Of a DNA stretch of 64,000 bases, positions 9,094 to 19,043 are shown in pieces. The position numbers and the translations under genes are program-made. This DNA comes from Longimicrobiales bacterium. GTDB taxonomy: Bacteria > Gemmatimonadota > Gemmatimonadetes > Longimicrobiales > Gaopeijiaceae. The stretch spans positions 3,360,001-3,424,000 of the forward strand of contig OZ250165.1 of assembly GCA_965238005.1 (NCBI GenBank), written 5' to 3'. Under the pieces are notes generated by a model. That model had not been told where the DNA came from and searched no databases. It worked only from the letters and a program-made list of their open reading frames with translations. Positions within the stretch are counted from its first letter, which is position 1; every line of letters begins with the position of its first letter.

Positions 9094-10497
9094 TCATCCG
9101 CCCGATCCACCCACCAGGAGTCGCCGCGCCTCCAGCTCCTCGTCGGCCCGTGCCAGGAGCTGGTCCAGGGAAGCCTGCAAACGGGCCTCCAAGTCGGCGA
9201 GGTCCGGTCCGGCATCGCCCTGACGAGCATAGCGCACGTAGGCGTTTCCCGGGAGTGCGCCCAGGCGGTCGTCGAGCCGCTCCCTCTCGGCGGGATGCGC
9301 CACCAGGGCCCTCGCCGCCAGGAGTGCCTTGCCGGACCACGGGGAGTCCGATTGGCCGTCGGCGTAGGCCTGGAAGAGGGCGGCGGCGATGCGAGGGGCG
9401 CCCAGGACGTCCCTGGAGATCTCCGCCGCAGCGAAGAACGCGATCCGGTCTCCGTCCAGTCCATAGTCCACGAGGAGCTCCACTCGGCGTATCCCATTAA
9501 GCAAGCCCTGAGCCTCGACGGCGGCGACGGCGGGAAGGAGAACGGATCGGACGTCGGCGAACAGCCCCACCTGACCTACATCCGCGAGCCGCCATCTCGC
9601 CAGGGTGACACGGGCGTTGAAGGCCTGCTCACCCACGCCCCCTCCCACGCGCCGGACATCAGCCAGTGCCCGTAACGTGTCACCGGCCTCGAACGCGAAC
9701 CCGGCCCTGGTCATCAGCAGGCGATCCCGCTCCGTGCGGGACCATCGGGCGCGCTCGGCATTCACCAAGACGCCGGCGGCCACTGCCGGACTCCAAACGT
9801 CGGCCACCCGGTGAAGAAGCCGGCGGATGGAGTCGCCATACGCCCGAGCACTGCTCGTGAAGAGTAGGGTCTGGACACCGCTAAGGGTTCTCGCGGAGTC
9901 GCCGAGCGCGATTCCCCAGATCAGGCGCTCCAAGCCGGCGGGAGCCACGTGAGTGCCATGCGCCTCCGCCGCCCGGTCGAGGTCCCACCAGCCCTGATCC
10001 ACGTACCCCTGCTGAAGCAAAGCCCGAGCTCGCCAGAGATGGCCCTCCGCCTTGATCAACGGGTCTCGCACGTCCACGAGGGCCTCATCCAGGAGTGGCG
10101 CACCCAGAGCCGGTCGGTCGGACGCCACATCCACGGCCCCCAGGTACAGAATTGCCTGCCGCCGCACCACCGGATCCTCGCTCACCGCCAACACACGTTC
10201 GAGGGCCTCTAGCGCGTCGCGGAGGTCTCCCCGTCGGAGGTGGGCTTGACCCATGAGGAGGAGTGCGTCGTCGGACCACCTGCCCCGCTCATCTGCGCGG
10301 TAAGCTCTCGTGGCCTTGTCGATGACCTCGCTGTAGCGCTCGGCCAGCGCCGAGTCCTGACCGGCCAAACGTGCCAGCTCGGTCTCACGATAGAGCTCCC
10401 TGGCGTTGTAGAGGGTGTTGAAGTACACGCACCCCGCCAGAAGTCCCGATCCGCACGAGGACAAAAGGAAGGCCCGAAAGGTAGGTGCCGGGCTCAC
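9094..10497 (-). CDS. Tetratricopeptide-repeat lipoprotein
   Basis: Lipobox LAGC followed by VYFNTLYNA, then helical TPR-like segments (DDALLLMGQAHLRRGD). Confidence 0.65.
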   Translation of the reverse strand: MSPAPTFRAFLLSSCGSGLLAGCVYFNTLYNARELYRETELARLAGQDSALAERYSEVIDKATRAYRADERGRWSDDALLLMGQAHLRRGDLRDALEALERVLAVSEDPVVRRQAILYLGAVDVASDRPALGAPLLDEALVDVRDPLIKAEGHLWRARALLQQGYVDQGWWDLDRAAEAHGTHVAPAGLERLIWGIALGDSARTLSGVQTLLFTSSARAYGDSIRRLLHRVADVWSPAVAAGVLVNAERARWSRTERDRLLMTRAGFAFEAGDTLRALADVRRVGGGVGEQAFNARVTLARWRLADVGQVGLFADVRSVLLPAVAAVEAQGLLNGIRRVELLVDYGLDGDRIAFFAAAEISRDVLGAPRIAAALFQAYADGQSDSPWSGKALLAARALVAHPAERERLDDRLGALPGNAYVRYARQGDAGPDLADLEARLQASLDQLLARADEELEARRLLVGGSGG

Positions 10498-11735
10498 GGT
10501 CGGGGGCCGGGAACGGTCTCGCCCTGCCCGGGTGGGTAACGCTCGAAGAAGCCGTGTATGGCGCGAGCCAGTGCCTCCGCGAGCTCCACCTGAAACTGGG
10601 CCCGAGAGAGGGCTCGCTCTTCCTCGCGGTTCGTCACGAAGCCCACCTCGACCAGCACAGCCGGCATGAGGGCATTCGTGATGACGGCGAACGGTCCCTG
10701 CTTGACCCCACGGCTCGGGCCGGGATGCACCGTCTCCAATTCCCTCTGCACCCCCTCCGCCAGCAGGGATGACCAGTGCTGATGATCCAGATTGCGCAGC
10801 TCCCGCAGGATGAAGCCGAGGTCTTCATCCTCCCCCTCCACTTCCCCATCCTCACGATCCATCCGGAGCGGAGCGTTTTCGTTGGCCGCCACCCGGCGCT
10901 CGTGTTCGGTGCGAGCCTCCGACAGGAAGTAGGTCTCGAATCCGCGGATGGAGGGACGGCCCGGGAGGGCGTTGACGTGGATTGAGACGAAGATCCCGGG
11001 GCGCTCGCCCTTCCAGTTTGTCGCAAGCTCTCCGCGCTCCCAGAGTTGGACGAGAACGTCCCGGTCACGTGTGAGGTGGACCTCCAGGCTTTCGTCTCCC
11101 CGGAGCTCCCGGGCCAGCGCACGACCGACGGCCAGGGCGATATCCTTCTCGCGCCGGCCTCCAGGACCCACCGTGCCCGGATCCCTGCCGCCATGTCCCG
11201 GATCGATGATCACCACGCGCTTGTCGGGCGGCTCCGTGCGGACGTCGGACGCCAAGCCTGCCCACACGGCGGCGTCCCGGATCTCGAGAACACCCTCCTC
11301 CGGCAGGAAGGCGTAGCTCTCGCCTAGTCGGACGGGAAGAAAATCCAGGACGAACTGGAGGGGCACGTGCCCCACTCCACCCTCCGTGAAAGGCACGTCG
11401 ACTAGTTGAAGCACCTCACCGTTCCATCGGCACAGCGGAGTGCCGAAGGCGAACTCGACTACCGACCCAACATCGGCCATCGTGGCCCGTAGGCCCGACG
11501 CGCTCGACTCCACCGCCCATCCCAGACCCTCCAGGGCCTTCCACCCCAGGGCGGCATAGCCCCGGGATCGGTCTACTGGCAGCGATGTTGTCGCGCCCTC
11601 GGGCCCGCGCACTACCAACGGAGCCGATCCTTGCGCACACGCGTCACCGGCGGGCGCCACTGTCGCGACCGTGATGGCGGTCAGCCAGGAAACCGCGCGC
11701 CGCTCCAGCCAAAGGCGTCCGATTCGCGGCGTCAC
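10494..11735 (-). CDS. N-acetylmuramoyl-L-alanine amidase (Amidase_3)
   Basis: VVIIDPGHGGRDPG, EKDIAL, FVSIHVN and MPAVLVEVGF motifs, plus a signal peptide. Confidence 0.92.
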   Translation of the reverse strand: MTPRIGRLWLERRAVSWLTAITVATVAPAGDACAQGSAPLVVRGPEGATTSLPVDRSRGYAALGWKALEGLGWAVESSASGLRATMADVGSVVEFAFGTPLCRWNGEVLQLVDVPFTEGGVGHVPLQFVLDFLPVRLGESYAFLPEEGVLEIRDAAVWAGLASDVRTEPPDKRVVIIDPGHGGRDPGTVGPGGRREKDIALAVGRALARELRGDESLEVHLTRDRDVLVQLWERGELATNWKGERPGIFVSIHVNALPGRPSIRGFETYFLSEARTEHERRVAANENAPLRMDREDGEVEGEDEDLGFILRELRNLDHQHWSSLLAEGVQRELETVHPGPSRGVKQGPFAVITNALMPAVLVEVGFVTNREEERALSRAQFQVELAEALARAIHGFFERYPPGQGETVPGPRP

Positions 11736-12196
11736 CGGTGTTTGTCCATGGCTCGACGTGCCTCTCGCTCCTGGGTTTCCCGCTTGAGCTTCTCCCGCTT
11801 ATCGTAGAGGCGACGGCCCCGCGCAACGGCGAGGGTCACCTTGGCGTGCCCCCTTCGGAAGTAGATCTCCAGGGGGATGAGGGTGAGCCCCTTCTCCTCG
11901 ACTTTGACCACCAGGCGCCGGATCTCGTCCCGGTTGAGGAGAAGCTTGCGCGTCCGCTCGGGATCGACATTGGCTCGGTTGGCCTGCTCGTAGGGGGCGA
12001 TATGGAGGCTGTGGAGCCAGACCTCACCGCCCTCCACGCGGGCGAAGGAGTCTCGGAAGGCGAGTTGGCCCGCCCGAAGCGACTTCACCTCGGGTCCCTT
12101 CAAGACGATTCCGGCCTCGTAGGTGTCCAGGATCTTGAACTCACGGCGGGCCTTCCGATTCCGGCCCACGACCTTTCGCCCGTTCGCTTCGCTCAA
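11732..12196 (-). CDS. smpB: SsrA-binding protein
   Basis: NRKARR..YEAGIVLKGPEVKSLR, RTRKLLLNR.EI and GRRLYDKR motifs. Confidence 0.97.
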   Translation of the reverse strand: MSEANGRKVVGRNRKARREFKILDTYEAGIVLKGPEVKSLRAGQLAFRDSFARVEGGEVWLHSLHIAPYEQANRANVDPERTRKLLLNRDEIRRLVVKVEEKGLTLIPLEIYFRRGHAKVTLAVARGRRLYDKREKLKRETQEREARRAMDKHR

Positions 12197-12236
12197 AACG
12201 ACATCCGCCGCGAAGGGACGTCTTGACCGGCATGCC

Positions 12237-13160
12237 TCACGCAGATCCTCCCAGGGCGGTCTGTATCTGCACCTTTCGTGCTTTGCGCATGGTGTACACC
12301 TGGGCGATTTCTCCGCTCAGAACAAACACTACGGAGGCATAATAGATCCAGAAGAACAGCACGACCAAGGTGGTCAGGTTGCCATATGTGGAGCGGTAGT
12401 CCGCCACCGAGGTGGCGTACCAGCCGAAGCCCCACTTCATCACTTCGTACGACACGGCCATGACGGTCGCGGCCAGCCACGCCGTCCGCCACTGAATTCT
12501 CCGAGCCGGCACGTACCAGTAGATCAGGGCGAAGAGTGCCCAGATGGAGGTGAAGGCCAGGAGGACCGCCAACCACCTCTGGGTGGTCCCCAGGAAGTCC
12601 TCCGCAACACCGATGAGCCCCGCTCCCCACCCGCCCAGCGATTGGAGAACCAGGGTGATCACCACGTTCAGGAGGAGCAGAACGCCCCCGATCACCACGA
12701 CCTGCACGTCGAAGAGCTTGCCCCTCAGGATACCCCGATCCGCCGCAATGTCGAAGACCTCACGGAGAGCGGATCGCAGGGTACTGACGAGGCGGGTGGC
12801 GAGCCAGATGAAGAGCAGGGACCCTACGACGGAATAACCGGCACGGCCCGCAACTAGGCCGTTGATGGCCGACCCCATCTCGGCCATCAGGTCGATGTCC
12901 CCCCCGACCGCGGGAATGTAGTTCTCCAGCAGGCGGACAACGACCTCGGACGGGTTACCGTAGCGTGCGCGGAGCACATAACCCCAGAGGCCCACGACCA
13001 GCAGGAAGAGCGGCACGACCGCGATCAGGAGGTTGTAGCTGATCGCGCCTGCCATGAAGAAGACGTTGTCCTCGGTGGACTTCTGGTACACGCGGAACCA
13101 GAATTCCCGAAAACGATTGCGGCGCGAGCCGAGTGGAGTCCCCGCTCCTCCTCCGGTCAC
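12237..13160 (-). CDS. YihY/virulence factor BrkB family membrane protein
   Basis: AGAISYNLL near the N-terminus, multiple TM helices and the YGNLTTLVVLFFWIY motif. Confidence 0.85.
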   Translation of the reverse strand: MTGGGAGTPLGSRRNRFREFWFRVYQKSTEDNVFFMAGAISYNLLIAVVPLFLLVVGLWGYVLRARYGNPSEVVVRLLENYIPAVGGDIDLMAEMGSAINGLVAGRAGYSVVGSLLFIWLATRLVSTLRSALREVFDIAADRGILRGKLFDVQVVVIGGVLLLLNVVITLVLQSLGGWGAGLIGVAEDFLGTTQRWLAVLLAFTSIWALFALIYWYVPARRIQWRTAWLAATVMAVSYEVMKWGFGWYATSVADYRSTYGNLTTLVVLFFWIYYASVVFVLSGEIAQVYTMRKARKVQIQTALGGSA

Positions 13161-13179
13161 GAGGGTCCCGAGTCAGGCA

Positions 13180-13611
13180 CTACTCGCCGGCGCCCTCCTC
13201 GGAGGAGCCGTCCCCGTCCACGCCGGAGGCCTCCCTTGCAGCTGCGACGCCGGCACGGGCCGCGGCCTTGGACCGTGCGAGCCGTGTCTCGAGGTCGCTG
13301 CGCGCCTCCTGGGCGGCCAGTCGCCCCGACTCGACCGCATCCTTGACGATGCCGACCCGGGCCTGCACGCCGTCCCTTACCGTGTCCAACCGCTCCTCGA
13401 GAGTATTCTGCGCCTCACGTATCCTCTCCTCGGCGGCGATACGGAGCTTGTGGGCTCTCTCTCTGATCTCTTCCTGCGTTTCCTCGCCGGACTGCGGAGC
13501 GAAGAGAAGAGCCAGCCCCGCGCCTACGAGCGCACCCAGGAAGAAAGAGCCGAAGCTCCCGCCGCTATCCCGCTCGACGATGATGTAAGGCAAGTCGTCT
13601 TGATTACGCAT
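13180..13611 (-). CDS. YtxH-domain protein
   Basis: FFLGALVGAGLALLFAPQSGEETQ followed by a coiled coil. AGGAG RBS before ATG 13611. Confidence 0.85.
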   Translation of the reverse strand: MRNQDDLPYIIVERDSGGSFGSFFLGALVGAGLALLFAPQSGEETQEEIRERAHKLRIAAEERIREAQNTLEERLDTVRDGVQARVGIVKDAVESGRLAAQEARSDLETRLARSKAAARAGVAAAREASGVDGDGSSEEGAGE

Positions 13612-13705
13612 CGGATCCACTCCTGTGTGCTCCGCCCGGTGGTAAGCGAAGAGCTCCTCACCATCTCAAAGATACCGTGCCACGCCGGTGGATCACAGGA
13701 CCTCC

Positions 13706-13969
13706 AGAAGGCTGTTGAGGAAGTACAGCGGGCCGCCACCCGCGCTACCGGACGGATACCCGGGATGCCACGGCCCCAGATCCGGGGTACCCGCGCGACA
13801 GCGTGGGTCGGAGCGACGACGCCATAGCCGTCGCCCCGGTTAGGAGCTCCAACAACGGGGGCACCGCGCGAAGCGTGGTCGGGGCCGTGCCACCGCAACC
13901 CACGATACGTAAGTTCATACCAATCATTGTGTTGGGCACAGGGCGGTTGGACTTCCTCAACAGCCTTCT
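13706..13969. mobile_element. MITE-like non-coding element A with perfect 19-bp terminal inverted repeats (AGAAGGCTGTTGAGGAAGT)
   Basis: 13706-13724 is the reverse complement of 13951-13969. The interior is homologous to element B. The right end overlaps the pgi stop codon. Confidence 0.7.
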
Positions 13970-15374
13970 AAACCCTCCATCGTGGGTCGGGGGCGGGGAG
14001 ATCGGGCACGTCGTGATCGGGTCGTCCCATGAGGCCGTACGTGAGCTCCTTCCCGAGCTCGACCCCTGGCTGATCCAAGGGATTCACTCCATACAGGGCC
14101 CCTGCATACACGGTGGCAATGGACATGAGCATGAAGAGCTCGCCCAGTGACTCCGCGTCGAGCGCCTCCATCTCGAACGTCATGCTGGGCCGTCCGCGAA
14201 GGCGCAGAGCTTCGGCCGTGGCACGACGCTCGGCGTCCAGGAGCTCGCCCAGACTATGCCCCCCAAGATAGCCGACCGACGCCATGCCGGGCCTATGCCC
14301 GGCGATCTCCAGGTCCTCCACTCCACCCGCACCGGCTGCACCGGTGATGGTCAGGAACACCACGACCTTGTCCCGGGGGCCCTCCATGAAGAGCTGTACC
14401 TGCGAGTGTTGGTCCGTGACGCCCACGGCGGGGAGCGGGGTCGGCCCCGTATGGACGGTGTTGCCCGCAAGGTCGTTGGCCTTTCCCAGCGACTCCGCCC
14501 ATAGCTGTTGGAACCAGGAGGTGAATGAACGGAGGCGGTTCGAGTAGGGCATCAGCACGTGGATCGAGGCGCCAGACTCGCCATGGGCCGCGTGCAGAAG
14601 CGTGGCCATGAGCCCTGCCGGGTTTTCCCTGAGGACCAGCGTTCGACAGCGGTCGTCGGCCCGAGCGGCCCCGGCCAGGAGCGCCGCCGCATCGATCCCT
14701 ACCACCGCGGCGGGAAGGAGGCCCACGGGCGACAGTACCGAGAAGCGCCCCCCCACGTTCGGCGGGATGGGAAGGCTGGGGATGCCTTCTCCCTCTGCGA
14801 TGGCACGAAGGGGGCCGTCGGTCGGATCCGTCGTGAACAGGAAGTGGCCCCGCGCCTTGTCCGGTCCCACCTCGTCGATCAGCAGACCCTCCAACACGAG
14901 ATAGAGGGCGATGGTCTCGGCCGTGGTCCCCGACTTGCTGACCACGTTGAAGAGCGTACGGCGGATGTCGACGTGGCCCAGTAGATCGCGGACCGTGTCG
15001 GGATCGACGTTGTCCAGCACATAGATGCGCGGGAAGTGCTCCCGGGCCTCGTCGTCCTTCTCGTTCCAGAGGGGTCCCAGCAGGGCGTCCCGGAGCGTCC
15101 GAGCCCCCAGCGCCGACCCGCCGATCCCGAGGATCACCACATTCTCGAACCACTGCCCGTAGCCGTCGGCCAGCTCCTGAGTTCGGGCCAGCGTCTCCGA
15201 GGCATAGGGCAGGTCGAAGAAGCCCATTTCGCCCGAGGCCCGGCTGGCCTCCACGGCCTCGTAGGCCTGACGGAAACGTTCGGCCAGATCCGTCTCTAGT
15301 CGCTCGGGCTCGATCCCCTCGCCGCCGAGGTTCGGGGCGACCATGTTGGCGTAGTCCAGGGTGATGGGCGTCAT
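13968..15374 (-). CDS. pgi: Glucose-6-phosphate isomerase
   Basis: GIGGSALG, SKSGTTAET, VGGRFSVLS, QQLWAESLGK and DQPGVELGK motifs. ATG 15374 overlaps the upstream stop. Confidence 0.95.
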   Translation of the reverse strand: MTPITLDYANMVAPNLGGEGIEPERLETDLAERFRQAYEAVEASRASGEMGFFDLPYASETLARTQELADGYGQWFENVVILGIGGSALGARTLRDALLGPLWNEKDDEAREHFPRIYVLDNVDPDTVRDLLGHVDIRRTLFNVVSKSGTTAETIALYLVLEGLLIDEVGPDKARGHFLFTTDPTDGPLRAIAEGEGIPSLPIPPNVGGRFSVLSPVGLLPAAVVGIDAAALLAGAARADDRCRTLVLRENPAGLMATLLHAAHGESGASIHVLMPYSNRLRSFTSWFQQLWAESLGKANDLAGNTVHTGPTPLPAVGVTDQHSQVQLFMEGPRDKVVVFLTITGAAGAGGVEDLEIAGHRPGMASVGYLGGHSLGELLDAERRATAEALRLRGRPSMTFEMEALDAESLGELFMLMSIATVYAGALYGVNPLDQPGVELGKELTYGLMGRPDHDVPDLPAPDPRWRV

Positions 15375-16150
15375 GGAATTTCGATGCTCAGTCCGTCGTA
15401 CGCCGGAAGGATACCGTCCGGCAGCCGGTCCACCAGCTCCTGGTGCCGCACGCGATGGGTCAGATGGATCAGGTACGTACGCTCCGCCCCCACGGTCTGT
15501 GCAGCCTCTACGGCCTCCTCGACGTTGAAGTGCGTCGGATGGGGACGGCCGAACCAAAGCGCGTTGAGGACAAGCACCCGGACACCGCTCAAGGTCTCTT
15601 TGGTTTCGTCGGGCAGGCACTTCCCGTCGGTCACATACCCCAGATCTCCCACCCGGAATCCGTAGACCGTGACCGGCCCGTGCGGGACGGCCAGGGGCTC
15701 GAAGCGATGGCCCACGACGGTGACCGGCTCCGACGGATCGAAGGGGAGGAGGCGGATCTCGGGCTTGGTCGTTCCGGCCGGCGGCCGGTAGCCGTCGTCG
15801 AAAATGTACCGGAAACGGGTCCTGAGGAGCTCCTCGTACTCACGCGGCACGAAGGCTGCGAGGTCGCGTCGGCTATGGGCCGTGAAGACGCGCAGGTCGT
15901 CGATCCCGTGGATGTGGTCGGCATGCGCATGCGTGAACCACACCGCATCCACTACCTCGACCCCGGCGCTCAGAAGCTGCAAACGAAGCTCCGGTGGCGT
16001 GTCCACGAGGACCGTGCCCCCGTCCAGCTCCAGGAGGGCTCCGTGCCGGGTCCGCCGGTCTCGTGGATCGTCGGACGTGCATGCGTCGCAGTCGCATCCC
16101 ACGACAGGCACGCCGAACGAGGTTCCGGTCCCCAAGAAGGTGAGCTTCAT
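15371..16150 (-). CDS. MBL-fold metallo-hydrolase (PhnP-like)
   Basis: LGTGTSFGVPVVGC.C..C, THAHADHIHG and YLIHLTH motifs. Confidence 0.88.
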   Translation of the reverse strand: MKLTFLGTGTSFGVPVVGCDCDACTSDDPRDRRTRHGALLELDGGTVLVDTPPELRLQLLSAGVEVVDAVWFTHAHADHIHGIDDLRVFTAHSRRDLAAFVPREYEELLRTRFRYIFDDGYRPPAGTTKPEIRLLPFDPSEPVTVVGHRFEPLAVPHGPVTVYGFRVGDLGYVTDGKCLPDETKETLSGVRVLVLNALWFGRPHPTHFNVEEAVEAAQTVGAERTYLIHLTHRVRHQELVDRLPDGILPAYDGLSIEIP

Positions 16151-16153
16151 CCC

Positions 16154-16237
16154 CTAGTGTTCCGTTGCCGAAGTTCGCGAGCCCACGGATGCACCGTGTC
16201 CTCGACTGGCCGAGACACTTGGGCAACGGGACACTAG
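16154..16237. mobile_element. 84-bp MITE-like element C, CTAG...CTAG, with ~21-bp imperfect terminal inverted repeats
   Basis: CTAGTGTTCCGTTGCCGAAGT ... ACTTGGGCAACGGGACACTAG. It fills almost the whole pyk-MBL spacer and has a near-copy at 26507-26599. Confidence 0.75.
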
Positions 16238-17651
16238 AGCATCTCCACTCGCATGGTGTTCGTGCTGCCTGAGGTATGGAACGGGTACCCGGACGTCACG
16301 ACGATGGACTGGCCGGCCTTGCCGACGCCCGACTCGAGCACCGCCTGCTTACCGAAGTCCGTCAGGGAGTCGTACGAGACCTCCTCGTCCACGGCCAACA
16401 CGGGCCATACGCCCCACACCGCAGACATCTGTCGATAGGTATGCTCATCGGTGCAAACACAGAAGAGGGGCGCCAAAGGCCGATAGATCGACACGAGCCT
16501 CGCCGAGCGCCCGCTCCGGGTGATCACGATCACAGCCGGTGCGTCCACACGGCGTGCCGACTCGACCGTGGCCGAAGCCACAGCGTGCTCCCGATCGGTG
16601 GCGCCTCCCCTCGGTTGGGCGTCGACGACCGTGTCGTAGACCGGTCCGCGGTCCAAGACCCCACTGGACTCGATCTCCCGGGTGATGCGCACCATCGCCT
16701 CCAAGGAGGCCAGAGGATGCCTCCCCACCGCCGTCTCGCCGGACAGCATGATCGCGTCTGTTCCGTCGAGGATGGCGTTGGCCACGTCCGACGCCTCGGC
16801 CCGGGTAGGACGGGGATTCTCGATCATGGACTCGAGCATCTGGGTCGCCGTGATCACCGGACGGCCGTACGTGTTGGCGATCCGGACGATGCGCTTCTGG
16901 GCCAGGGGCACCTGCTCGAACGGGAGCTCGACGCCGAGATCGCCCCGGGCGACCATGACCGCATCGGCCACCGCCATGATGGCGTCGAGGGCATCCAGCG
17001 CTCGGGCCATCTCGATCTTCGCGACGACGAGGGCCTGGAAACCCACCCTGTCCTTGAGATCCCTGACGTCGGCGCCCCTCCGGACGAAGGAGAGGCCCAC
17101 GTACTCGACCCCCTGGCGCAACGCGAAGTCGAGATCGGCGAGGTCCTTGTCGGTGAGAGACGGGGCCTGCACGTCGATGCCCGGCATGTTGAGCCCCTTG
17201 TTGCTCCTGAGCACCCCCCCCGCACCACATCGAACGAGACCCTCTGCCCCAGGATCTCGACGCACTCCAGCTCGATGAGGCCGTCGTCCAGGAGAATGTG
17301 ATCGCCCGGCTTCAAGTCTTCTGCTAGGTGGGCATACGTCGTGGAGATGTCCCCGTCCCGGACCGCGCCCTCGGGGGCCAGGGTGACGCGCTCGCCGGGG
17401 GTGAACTCCACCGGCTTCGGGAGGTCGCCCACCCGGATCTTCGGGCCCGCCAGATCGGCCAGGATCGCCAAAGGACGCCGGGACTCCTCGGCCGCCGCGC
17501 GCAGGTGCTCGATGACCGCGGCGTGACCCTCGTGGTCGCCGTGCGACATGTTGATGCGGGCCACGTTCATGCCGCCCTCTACCAACGCGCGGACGCGCTC
17601 CGGGGAAGAGGTGGCGGGACCCAGCGTACAGACGATCTTGGTACGAACCAT
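16234..17651 (-). CDS. pyk: Pyruvate kinase, with a frameshift in a G8 run at 17214-17221 (probable indel error or pseudogene)
   Basis: The N-half MVRTKIVCTLGP..ARINMSHG and the C-half SNKGLNMPG..IMVARGDLG-like..ATQMLESM..MLSGETA lie in different frames. One extra G joins them. Confidence 0.9.
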
Positions 17652-17808
17652 TCGTTCGTTCAGGACAGTGCGGGGGATATGGCGAGTCAGTCGTTCGAGC
17701 GCTCCGTTGAACCTCACTCTGGCCGAACGGTCCGGCAAGGTTCCGCCGACGCCCCGACTCGGGCGTTCGCTTGCGCTCTGGCCTCCCCGAGCCGAAGCTT
17801 CTTGCTCA

Positions 17809-18975
17809 ATGACATTCCAACTCATCACGGACCCCCGCGGCGTGCAGGAGCTGGCCGATGCCCTGGCCGGCGAAACGCGCCTCGCCGTCGACCTGGAGGC
17901 CGCCGGCTTCCACCGCTACTCGGATCGGGTCTGTCTCGTCCAGGTGAGCAGCCCCGACGCGACGTACCTCGTGGATCCCCTGGCGGTGGATCCCGCGCCC
18001 GCGCTCCGAGGACCTCTCGAGGCGCCCGACGTACGCATCATCTTTCATGGGGGCGACTACGATCTCCGACTTCTGGACCGCGATCTCGACCTCCACCCGG
18101 TGAACCTGTTCGACACCCAGACCGCGGCCGCGCTTCTGGGAGAGCCTTCTCTGGGGCTCGCATCCCTCCTCGAGACCTACTTCAGTGTGAACCTCGCCAA
18201 GAAGTATCAACGGGCTGATTGGACGAAGCGGCCCCTCTCCGAAGAGATGCTGGCGTACGCCGCCTCGGACACACAGCATCTCCACGCCCTGGCCGATCTG
18301 CTGCGTGAGCGCCTGGACGCCATGGGACGGCTGGCGTGGGCACAGGAGGAGTCGTCCCTCATGGAATCGCTCCGTTGGAGCGAGGAGGGGAAGGCCGACC
18401 CGGTGACCAAGGTGAAACGAGCTCGCTATCTGGAGCTTCGCGAGGTAGCACTGCTCCGGGAGGCGTGGCTGTGGAGGGACGAGATCGCTCGAAGGAGGGA
18501 TCGGGCACCCTTCCGGGTCGTGTCGGACAATGTGCTTGTCGAAGTGGTGCAGGTGCGCCCACGGAGCGTCTCGGGGCTTGCCGAGATGAGTGGGTTCTCG
18601 CCTCAGCTCGCCGACCGGTCGGGCCGCTCCCTCCTCGACCGTCTGGAGCGAATCGACCGTGTGGATACGGAGGAGTTGGTAGGATACCCGCGGAGTAATC
18701 GCACCGGGCCCGGCCGTCCTCCGCCGGAGATCGTAGAGGTGGCCGATCGCCTGAAGGCGGCCCGCAACCGTCGATCGGAAGAGCTCGGCATCGCCCGGGG
18801 CACGCTGGTCTCCAACACGCTGCTGCTGGAGATCGCCCGGGCCGGTCCCGAGAACGGCGAGGCGCTCCTGGCCGTGCAGGGCGTGAGGCGGTGGCAGGTC
18901 GAAGCCGTGGGTGATGCCCTACTGGAGGCCCTCAACGGAGGAGGCCCCGCCCTCCAGTCCCCCGGGCCCCCCTAA
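17809..18975 (+). CDS. rnd: Ribonuclease D (DEDDy exonuclease + HRDC)
   Basis: AVDLEA, CLVQ, HGGDYD, FDTQTAA, QRADWTKRPL and YAASD motifs, plus an HRDC-like C-terminus. Confidence 0.9.
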   Translation: MTFQLITDPRGVQELADALAGETRLAVDLEAAGFHRYSDRVCLVQVSSPDATYLVDPLAVDPAPALRGPLEAPDVRIIFHGGDYDLRLLDRDLDLHPVNLFDTQTAAALLGEPSLGLASLLETYFSVNLAKKYQRADWTKRPLSEEMLAYAASDTQHLHALADLLRERLDAMGRLAWAQEESSLMESLRWSEEGKADPVTKVKRARYLELREVALLREAWLWRDEIARRRDRAPFRVVSDNVLVEVVQVRPRSVSGLAEMSGFSPQLADRSGRSLLDRLERIDRVDTEELVGYPRSNRTGPGRPPPEIVEVADRLKAARNRRSEELGIARGTLVSNTLLLEIARAGPENGEALLAVQGVRRWQVEAVGDALLEALNGGGPALQSPGPP

Positions 18976-18985
18976 GTGCCCTAAC

Positions 18986-19020
18986 GAGAAGACCCGCCCG
19001 AGTCGCTTCGGGCGGATCTC
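18986..19020 (-). terminator. Hairpin between convergent rnd and the DksA-like gene; probable intrinsic terminator
   Basis: GATCCGCCCGA-AGCGAC-TCGGGCGGGTC followed by TTCT on the minus strand. Confidence 0.5.
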
Positions 19021-19043
19021 CACTCTCGGAAGCCGGCTCGAGG

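Noticed and set aside
11732..12240. tmRNA gene beside smpB
   Set aside because: Both flanks are coding or too short, and no tmRNA-like ends were seen.
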